Assembly (NCBI GenBank): GCA_965285935.1
Contig: OZ260667.1
Location: 27,218,001-27,282,000 of the forward strand
DNA: 64,000 nt
Direction of reading: 5' to 3'
DNA from: Ophelia neglecta
Lineage: Eukaryota
Shown here in pieces: positions 14,701-23,932 of this stretch. The notes under the pieces are model-generated. The model made no database searches and had not been told where the DNA came from. It saw only the letters and a program-made list of their open reading frames with translations. Both the position numbers and the translations under genes were made by a program. The number at the start of each line of letters is the position of its first letter. Position 1 is the first letter of the stretch.

Positions 14701-17700
14701 AGAACTAAAAGTGAGGGTGATGTTGAAAATAGTGTATACAAAATACTATAGGAGGTAACTAGGGGAAAAAATGAAGCAAGAATTAGGTACTGATTTCTTC
14801 TTTAAACTTATAGCCAAGGTTTTCTTTTTGCTCCAAACATATACAGCCTTTGCTGTTCACAAAAACTAGGTACATTTTACTGATGGTGAGGACACAGATG
14901 ACAGGAGCCAATACATAGTACAAGGCAGTCTATTATACCAATGTGCTGCTTTAGAAGCTAACATTCCCAACCAATCTTATTTCTAAACATAATACCCCTG
15001 AATAATATTAATGAACCAGCCAAGCAGATGTCACATATTATTTAAGCAAACATACTAGCTATTGCAGCTATATGGCAAATATAATACAAAGAAAATATAT
15101 TCTTTTTTGTATGGGTTGCTATGGTATCTGAATATATTCAGACTTCCCCTATAAGTTAATCTATCTTTATTTATTGTTGCTTATTTATGCCTCACATCTG
15201 GAATACTGTTTGTGGCAATGCACAAGCTTTGAGGGTTAACAAGTTCATAACTAACAGTAGAGTAAGATGTGAAGTACACAGGGTCTTGAGCACTTATTTG
15301 TACAAATTTCCCAGGCCTGAAAACATTATGTATATAAAATAGTTTTCATGCTTCAGTTGTTGCCCAGTTGCAACCATATCTAAAAACTTAATAATAGAAG
15401 GTCGTTTTCAGAAGACTGAGCCAAAAGCACATCCACTCATTTTTGAAAAAAAATGCCAGGCAAGATAACACTCCACAAATCACTGCTAACATTCCCTAAA
15501 TATAGCACTTCTTAATATCCCTTGCACAGACAGACTTTCTAATTGTATAAAGAGGATTTTGTTATTTGTTCAGAATTCTTACAATAGGTAACTGACATGC
15601 ACTTAGAACTTCAAAATAGTCTACAAGCTAACACTACATTTAAAACTTTGGCATAAGATTTGTGAAAAGATGGTAGGTTCCAAAAATGAACAGAAGAAAT
15701 TTAAAGGCATGAGTATATAAAATACATATGAAAACATCACAAAGCATGATTGTTGAATTTTTTTAGAGGATATGATAATTGGTCATTAACAGGTTATTAA
15801 TCAATATCAATTTGTGTTTTATAACGAAGAGGACTTTATGATAAACAACTGTACCTTCAGGTTTTTCATTGAGATTAATGGACAAGATACACTAAAATTT
15901 GTGTTAAAATTTCTACTGAGTGATAGAAATGTCGGTGAACCAGCAGTTGATGAGTGTGAAGTAAGAAAGCAGGGAAAGTTTTAGTTTGTAGCATCAGCCC
16001 CCTAAAAGTTCATCTTGTTGTTTAGTCAGTTAGGTAGCATTACATTTGCTGCAGATTTATTTTTACATTTGAGTGTGAGATGGTTGTGGGACACATGACA
16101 GTCACATGATGGTCTCATGACTTGATGGATAATCACCTGGAGAACAGATGCCGCCAGGATTGAAGCGGAACGAGGAAGCGAGGTAGGAGAGGCCGAGTGT
16201 CCCTGATTTGAAGGTCAAAGCCGTGAACAGGTGGGACATACAGAAGTGAGCATGGGTGCCATTCTGGGCAAATACCTGAAAGTAAACTGTGTCGTAAAAC
16301 TAAACCAAAGCTAACAGTATTTACAGGCACATATACACTGAACTGCAAGCCAAAGGCTAAATGTCAGTGTCCAACTTAACTCTCTTATTCTCTTATGGTG
16401 TGGGCTATAGCTGATTAGGTTTGGGATAAGAACAATGGTACCTTTATATATCTTCATATGATCTCTTCATATGAGAAACAGGTTTATATTTTAGACTGGC
16501 CTCATCCATGTTTTACAAGACAGTAATATTGTTTATTGTTCTGAATATTTAAGTTTCAGGTAGGATCTGTGGGAGGTGGATTACACACTAAATATCACTT
16601 AAATAATTGTTTCTCTGAAAAGCATCTATTTTAACAGTTGAACTAACATGTTCATTTAATCGCTAAGACTGTCCATTTGATAGGATGATATACTGAGGAC
16701 ATTTAGGGTCATCATTTCTCCTGACTGTACTGGGAAACTCCAAGAAATAAAGGGTTCGTCCAGGGTGCAAAAGAATATAATGCATAATTAACCCTAAATT
16801 TTTACGCCAATTTTCTTTGATTCTGATAAGAAGACCACAAATCACCAGAAGTTATGTAATTTGTCTCACTCTTTTTCTCCCAAAGAGCATTCTCACATAC
16901 CAAATCTTAATACATATATTGGCAAACATTTGTCCCTATTTACTCACTATGATGAACTGTATCAGGGTTCATCCAAGTTTCCCTTATGATAATCTGCCCC
17001 TATTCTTTTCTAAGTGACCTATTTTTTCTCACTACAACATGAAAATGTGTCAGTATGTCTTTCACTCAACAACCTATGAAGTAACTCCATTTTGCAGTGG
17101 CTGTAAAATTGGCAGCCTTGTGAATAGATTTTGGCTATGCAAATCATAATCATAAAAGCAGCTGACTTATAAAGAATACACACTGTTATCATAACACTAT
17201 TAGTATAACATAGCCCTCTTCAATATACTTATCTGGCCTTGAATGCACTAGGAAAATTATTCCTGTATTCATAATTTGACAGGAAGTTATTAAAAAATTA
17301 AATTATAAATGGAAGGAGTAGGATTACTGCCAAATATTGAATCAAGTTAGTAGTCAGACACTGAACCTTTGGTACGGTCTCTCACATGAATAGGTTCTGT
17401 GGGAAAAGTGGTCAAGAAGTTCTTTTTGCCTTCAACATGTTTCTTATGGTACAATTACAATATTTGGCTTTTCATTAAACTTGTTTAAATGTACCAGCTC
17501 CCAGCCATTACCTCTTGACCAGTTTTCACACAGAAGCTGGGCCGAGAGGGACACAGAGACATGCAGGGGATTAGTTGCCATGGTAACATCTCCCACAATT
17601 CACCTGGGGAGCAGACACCTCCCACTGAGTACTTTCGCGGTGAGGCGATGTAGGCCAGGCCCAACACACCGCCGTCAAATGGCTGGTGGGTGAAGAGATG

Positions 17701-20700
17701 GGCCAGACAGAATGAACGGAAGGTCTTGTCTGCACTAAATAGCTGAAAGGAGATGCTTCATGATGAACATGGTACATAAACAAGTGTGTTATTATTAAAA
17801 TACAAGGGCAACATTTACACCCTGAGAGCTCTGTTATTTGAGTCAACCTATGAGTTGGTAAATTAAAGAGGACCTTGATACAGTAAAGCAGAGTTCCTTT
17901 GTTTTATTAGGTTTCCAGTTAAGTGATATGGGAAAATTTCCCTTGCTTTTCAATTTTTGAATTATTTCAGAAGCAGATGTGTGGAAATGTAAGGTATACA
18001 AATGTTCACTTTTTTTTATTTTAACAAAAGCAGAAATCATTAAATGGTGAAAATTATATGCTCATAAAAAAGGTGCTTCTAACTGTGCTTGATAGGTGAA
18101 GAAATATCCCAGCGGAAAAATTATGGTACTTGAATGCTTCAGGCTAACACTGTAATGTTTTAAGAATTCAAGTAACTAGCATAAGAGGATGTGATACAGC
18201 TAATCTCTTTTTGAACTGACTTCTCAATAATAAAATGGAATAGACCTTAAGTGATAACATTTGACATACTGATAGTTATTATAGTTGTGAAAAGCAACAC
18301 TTAATTGTTTGCCAAATAAGAATAATAAAGAATAATAACATGGTTTGCTTACTTCTAGTAATTTTTTTGTTTGCCACAAATCTTTTTTTTCGTTATAATG
18401 TGGTTCATACTTTGGATCATCACGTGGGAGAACAGGAGTGGGAGCCTCATGGACTCTTATCTAAATAGGAAGAATAAAAAAGGTTTCATCAATAGATATC
18501 ATCAAACTCAGTATTACCAAACCATAAGATGTAAAGAATGGTACACAGTGCACAAGATATTAAGTTATGGAAGGAGGATCTTGACAGATGACCCTGACAG
18601 ACTTCCTTGTGTTTTCTTCAGTTTGGGATGTCCCTTCATTATAGCACACCTTATGAGCATACTGGTGCCGTGTGACATATAACATCCACCAAAGAGTGGC
18701 CGAGTGCTTAGGGTGTCCGCCTCGCGAGTTGTAGATCGGGGTTCGAATCCCGATCGCGTCAAACCCAAGACGTTAAAATAGGCACTGATAGCTCCCCTGC
18801 CAAGTGCCCCATATTTCAGGGGTAGTATCAAAACTGGTCAACCCGGTGTCAGTATAATGTGACTGGGTGGGGTTCCCTGACTGGTGTCTATGGCAGCTAC
18901 TCCAGTGAGGCAGCACTATAAAGAGGGCATTGGGCCTACTGCCACAAGTAAACACAGTGGCAATATGACCCTATAAGTGTTGAAAGCCACGTAAAACCCC
19001 AATCAACAACAACAACAACATATAACATCCTCATACTATAGAGGAAGCCTTCATGAGGGACCATCATATAAGTGGTCTTATAAGAAGGGTGTTCTCTCAT
19101 CTTGTTTTATACATTGCAGGTATAGTAAACTGTTTTGCAAAAGGAGCTATTTTGTTTTTATTTTTTTAGTGTCCTTCAGCAGTTGTTCCACTGTATTAGC
19201 TTAAGTTCCTTGTGTGGCACTGAGTTTTTTCAGTGTGCACTTCTTGTGAATGTCAGTTCAAATATGTAACTACATAATCGCAATACATAATTATCTGATT
19301 AGATATGAAATATCTGATTATTACACAATTATTCAAATTCACTACATTATGGATCAATGACCAACCTCTTTGATTTCAAATCCCATCCCCTTGAATCCTT
19401 TTCCAAAGTCAGTTGCTCTGTATATGCCGTCTACTCTGTCAATTAACCCAATCTGAAATAAATTATCATATATTTACTGAACAAATATTATATCTCAAAA
19501 CAAATATCATATGTACTTTATATTTAACCCCTCAAGAGCCACCCACCAGTGGAATTAGTTAACTTATCCAGTAGCAATCATGAAATTGTCTAGGCTAGTT
19601 TAATACATGCGTTTAAATTTAAAAACAAACAGGGTATGTTGTTGCACCTCATTTTCGGTACACAGTTATGATCATTTGGGCATGGACAGACTTTACATGG
19701 TTTAAGTTGTATTGATTATCATGCGACATTGTTTATTGGGATTGTACATGTTTACAAACTCCTGACTAGGTTAACACTTTCACGATTTAAATACTGTTGC
19801 ATTATACACAGTGACACAATGTAGCCTGCCAAGAAAACAAATTTCTTTACAAATATGATAACCTACCAGGTAGCTAGTAGTCTGTGACAGACTGCTTTGA
19901 CCCATGGTTTCAAAGAATCGATAATCTGACACAAGTAGTAAGGGACAAGTAGTACGTGTGGGTGTAAAGAAAGAGCGCGACTGTCTCTTCACCCTGGCAT
20001 GCGACTCTAAAAAAAAAAACATGGATTTTATCAACACCATGATATTAATGGTATTAATGGCATAATTTTTTTATTCAAAAATGAAACTAGAGCATTGTTC
20101 AGATACTACATATTTTCAGGTTTTTCTGTTTTAAACTAGGATGATCAGTCATATTAGCTTACCAGTTGACTATTTAAGCCAAACATAAATTTTTTAAGTC
20201 CTCCTTTAATTTTTAGTCAGTTTAACAGAGATATACTTATGAATAGGAACTGAAATTATTTAGAAGAATGTTGATAGTGAAATTATGGTTAAGAGGACCA
20301 TGGCTGTCATTGAGAAAGCGGTGTTTAAAATGCCTACCATTAGCATCGGTCACATTGCCCATGGAAGGAGTAGTTGGAGGAATGGAATAATCTAACTCTG
20401 GATTCACAAAACCACAGTATTTATCCCTGAAAAGAAACAAAAAATGAGGGGAATACTGCACAATAAAATATTAATTAACAACAAATGTTTAGACTTGAAA
20501 TCTATCGGGCTATATGTCTGGTTCTTACCTAATTACAATCTATGTTAAATTCTCATTTTAAAATAACTTTTTTAAACAAAAGAAATGAGTATTAAGCATA
20601 CCCCATGTCTTTGTCTAGTATGAGATCTGATTCTTTATAAGCTATCATGGAATTGTTTTGCACATTATCCAAGTGTCGCCAGGCAGGCTGCAAAAGAACA

Positions 20701-23700
20701 AATGCCTCAATTTATAAGAAGGTAATGTTACTATGACACAAACCAGATGCAATATTTGAATGTTTTATGTTTCATAATCAGTTCACTATTTCACCATTTA
20801 TGACAAATTATGTATTTGATTCAGAAATATTTAAGACTGATATTTTAGACTAGAGTGGTTGTACCTCAATCATGTAAACTTCATGTTTGGTTTTAATTCT
20901 AGCAGTCATGCTGTTCTTTTCATCCCAAAAAGCACTGACCGTAGAAGACCATGGCTCTTCTGTAAATATATAAGAACTCTTCTTTTACATTGAAATCATA
21001 TTTACAATAAGAACTATTCCATATCAAAATGTTCCTGGGGGGCAGGCGAGAAGAGAAACTTAGATGTGCAGAAAGAGGGGAGGGGGGTAATTGTATGGAA
21101 AGGGGGGGGGGGGTAATGGAACATTCTGTATGATGGTGGGAGGCGGGTTCAAGAAACTTAAATGAGGGGGGGGGGGGGGTTAAATCAAAGTCTTCAGGCC
21201 TTTCCCCTCAAATTGGAATAGCCCCCCCCCCCCAAAAAAAAAGGGTGGTTTATATATCATTGTCACAGAAGAGGGTTTGATGAGCTCCTCTAAGAATCTA
21301 ATTCATTTAATATTATTCACCAGTTAATCTATGAAACCACACTAAGCAGAGCACAAGTATTGAAATATATATAAATATATAAACATAATTTAATGATTCA
21401 AGAATTGTTGACAAATATGTGAGGAATAATTGGACAAAAAAAAACATCTAAATCAAGTGAGATGAATGACAATTACCTTTATTATAACCTGAGAAAAACT
21501 GTTTTGTTTCTACATTAATATCCCTCTGTTTGTTGTTTTTGTCAATGGCATAGGCCTTGAACCCTGGTGAGAAGAGTCCAACTCGCTTGGTCAACTTCAA
21601 GTCAAACTTTCTAAAATTACAGCCAACATGTTATTAGTTACAAGTATATAGTGTTTTGTGTTAAATGCTTTCAGTAAGTCCTAAAACCTACAATGAGACC
21701 TGTGAATTAAGATCACCAAAGGGACTGCAAAATACTGGCCTGATTTCAGAGGTGGTCTGTTAAGACACTAAAGACAGGTTATTCAACATTGAAAGTATAC
21801 AGCACAGGCCTCATATTAGTTGACAGGTGGTTTGATGATTTAGAGGTGGTCTTTAAGGCAGCTTTCACTGTATTTTCAACAATAGTACTGGACTTTCAAG
21901 AAGGCTGATTTTTGTTAATTATGAATTTGGTCCACAATACTTTACACACAATGTGACACACATGAGCGATAAGTAAAGCAATAGGGATCACCGGCTGACC
22001 TCAGTCAGCGAACGTGGACATCATATAACTGGCTTTTTAAGGTATACAAATAAAATGTAATTCTATCTTTAAATGTTAGTCATGAAAAAGTATTAGATAT
22101 TAATAACCGGCTGGCCTAATAGACGTTGATGTGCATGCAGAACTTTAAGAAAAATGTTCATACTTTCCAAGAGATTCAAACTGCACATCTCTCTCCACGA
22201 TGTCTTCCCCATCAGACAGACTTCTCTTGGTTATTCTGTGATTAACTTGTTCATCGTGTAGAACTTCAAAGTGATGTAAACTTCCATCCAGCTCAGCTTA
22301 AATAACACAGAAGATTTATACTTGTATAATCTGAGTAAAATTATCTGAATATTTTGTCCTTTAATAATTCAAAATTTTAGACAAGAAATAAAAGATATTC
22401 GGTCAGCATCAATGCTGTAAAAAGTATATTTCTGCCAACAATTTAGTACCAAATATTTAGCTTTTCAAGAATGGCTCAGTTTATTTGAAATGATAGTTTA
22501 TCTGCAAAGAATGTATTTTCAATAATAGAAATGCAAACCATAATTCCAACCAATAGTTTTCATGCTTTATTAAGGCCAACATGTAATAATTAACACATAA
22601 CAACCCAACTAACACACTAGGCCGAATACAACCACCATAAGCAGTTAACAATATAAACCTTCCACATTGATAGAACAGAAGCATTTTTCAGCCTTTTTCA
22701 ACCTTTAACATATACATTGTATGAACCCAGTAAACATTATTTGACAACTTAAACTTAATTGATATTTGATTTATTGAGTAAGATTGAACCTCCTCAATTT
22801 TACAAGTCACCCCATTAGGAAAAGAAATAAAAATTCATTGGGCCTGTCAGGAAATTTAAATTGCACTATTTTAAGGCCGGATCACACTGCCCTAAAGTCG
22901 CATTAACGCATGAATCATTCACAAATTTCCATCTCCTCAATAGTTCTGACGTGGAGCATCTGTAGTTGTCCGTCAATGTTTGCCAGATCGGTGCTTTATG
23001 CGATTCCAGGTTTTGAACAGCTTAAAAGTCAGCATCGCATCAGAGTTTACTGAGTATTGCGCTGTTGAACGTTATTGTTGCGAAATATGCGTGGAATATC
23101 AGTGATCGTTCGCAAAACTGTTGCATTCATCGATGACTTTCTACTGATGATTAGCAGACATATGACGCATGTTTAGTGCTTGTAACACCAACGTATCACT
23201 GATCAAAAAAAATTATACGCTGTTCAGTAGTGATAGTGCGCACATTATGCATGGTTTTCAGTGGAGCTTACGTAACACACAACCACGTATTGGGCCTGTT
23301 TGGGGCCTCTGCATGCCTAAACGCTGATGTGTGTGGTTTGTTAGTGATTTGTGTGTAATCTTTCCGTAGTTCTACCACAATTTATCGGTGATATTTCATT
23401 GAGTACATCAGCAAAAAAATTGTCAAATTCTCGACGGACAGGCACGCACAACCAATTTTTTACGCGACTTTTCGTCAGTGTGATCCGGCCTTAAACTCAG
23501 GCCTCTTATACTTGTACACCGGGTGTATTTAAAAGGTGCAACCACGGGTAACCACGGCAAATCAAGGGCAACCACGGCAAAACCTGCACAACACCTGCAC
23601 ATCACACGCCATGATCAGATGTAAACACAGAAGAACAGGTACGGAGGTAAGCTTGGATTTTTGCTTCTAAATGGTCAGCAAGTTATTCAAAAATAACTTT

Positions 23701-23932
23701 AGCTACAATCCTGAAGCATTTCGCCCTAATACCTTGCTGTTTTGGGTTAATATCCAGTGGTTTTGCCGTGGTTGCCCCTGATTTGCCGTGGTTGCCCCTT
23801 TTTAATACACCGTTGTACACCTTATACACACTACAGATATGTTATTGTACACACACACTTACCGAAGGAATTTTTTTGGACGGACGCTACGATCACAAGA
23901 GTAATCAAGGCATTTTTTATGGTCAAAGACAT
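5794..23932 (-). CDS. ADAM17: ADAM17/TACE-like disintegrin and metalloproteinase, complete multi-exon CDS (~790 aa)
   Basis: Exons in transcription order: 23863-23932 (signal peptide [18 protein letters not shown]), 22164-22296, 21477-21610, 20865-20959, 20602-20687, 20338-20426 (Cys-switch KYCGFV), 19867-20006 (furin site RVKR), 19366-19452, 18353-18460, [17604-17742 OR 16137-16275], 12843-12959 plus 11965-12083 (zinc motif [12 protein letters not shown], Met-turn FIMY), 11435-11504, 10834-10966 (disintegrin [14 protein letters not shown]), 10450-10551, 10197-10259, 9899-9972, 9540-9679, 7812-7890, 7532-7620 ([20 protein letters not shown]), 7107-7160, 5794-6045. All phases match; total 2373 nt. 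[16 protein letters not shown] and NIVG.VLVFS...WIP are ADAM17-type motifs. Confidence 0.96.
6448..6625. mobile_element. Tc1/mariner-pogo-like MITE, same family as 2558-2735
   Basis: TA|CAGTGAAACCTG...CAGGTTTCACTC|TA, ~178 bp, internal similarity to the other copies. Confidence 0.75.
8423..8570. repeat. 74-bp direct tandem duplication
   Basis: Two copies (8423-8496, 8497-8570) differing at one base. Confidence 0.95.
10260..10449 (-). other. U12-type (minor spliceosome) GT-AG intron in ADAM17
   Basis: 5' splice site GTATCCTTT (10449-10441). Branch sequence TCCTTGAC (10276-10269) lies about 10 nt from the terminal AG, with no polypyrimidine tract. Confidence 0.92.
12651..12820. repeat. Degenerate ~17-bp tandem repeat (CATGTCTATGACTTAAT-like)
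   Basis: Repeated catgtcta/atgtcta cores in the intron that splits the [12 protein letters not shown] motif. Confidence 0.7.
16137..16275 (-). CDS. ADAM17: ADAM17 alternative exon 10b ([46 protein letters not shown])
   Basis: 139 nt, phase 0 to 1, tttcag acceptor, CAG|gtgatt donor; open frame, both cysteines and GTLGL retained; paralogous to 10a. Confidence 0.88.
17574..17587. promoter_or_regulatory. RFX X-box motif GTTGCCATGGTAAC
   Basis: Exact match to the canonical 14-bp X-box; function untested. Confidence 0.45.
17604..17742 (-). CDS. ADAM17: ADAM17 alternative exon 10a ([46 protein letters not shown])
   Basis: 139 nt, phase 0 to 1, tttcag acceptor, CAG|gtgaat donor; matches the ADAM17 CLAHLFT..F..G.LGLAY segment. 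Confidence 0.95.
18688..19017 (+). mobile_element. Full-length tRNA-derived SINE, Meta/MESC-core type
   Basis: A-box GTGGCCGAGTG, B-box GGTTCGAATCC, core CCCGGTGTCAGTATAATGTGACTGGGTGG...CAGTGAGGCAGCACTATAAA, (CAA)n tail, and a 13-bp TSD ACATATAACATCC (18675-18687 / 19018-19030). Confidence 0.9.
21014..21221. mobile_element. G-run-rich MITE-like element
   Basis: Short TIR CTATTCCA...TGGAATAG enclosing several poly-G tracts. Confidence 0.45.
21691..21870. mobile_element. Tc1/mariner-pogo-like MITE, same family as 2558-2735
   Basis: TA|CAATGAGACCTG...CAGCTTTCACTG|TA with AGAGGTGGTC repeats. Confidence 0.7.
22875..23490. mobile_element. Non-autonomous DNA transposon flanked by TTAA (superfamily uncertain: Kolobok, piggyBac or Harbinger-like)
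   Basis: TTAA|GGCCGGATCACACTG...CAGTGTGATCCGGCC|TTAA: a perfect 15-bp TIR extending imperfectly to ~30 bp. Confidence 0.85.
23513..23819. mobile_element. MITE with ~65-bp TIRs containing CAACCACGGCAAA subrepeats (possibly Mutator-like)
   Basis: Inverted repeats 23513-23584 and 23759-23819; flanking direct repeat CTTATAC on both sides. Confidence 0.75.

Noticed and set aside
12960-16136. A third full-length copy of exon 10, and a possible exon ending at a GG|GTAAGA donor near 14293
   Set aside because: No GG.CSP or HLFT-like sequence found by eye; the 14294-14404 candidate has no homology and a poor acceptor.
17398-17405. CSL/Su(H) site TGTGGGAA suggesting Notch feedback
   Set aside because: A single 8-mer is expected by chance in 64 kb and is better explained as part of the RNA stem.
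18688-18765. tRNA gene
   Set aside because: The A/B boxes belong to a SINE head followed by core, tail and TSD; there is no complete cloverleaf.
5794-23932. Calling the gene ADAM10/kuzbanian
   Set aside because: EADLVTTHE, the ERIWDII juxtamembrane segment and the [13 protein letters not shown] transmembrane helix are ADAM17-type.
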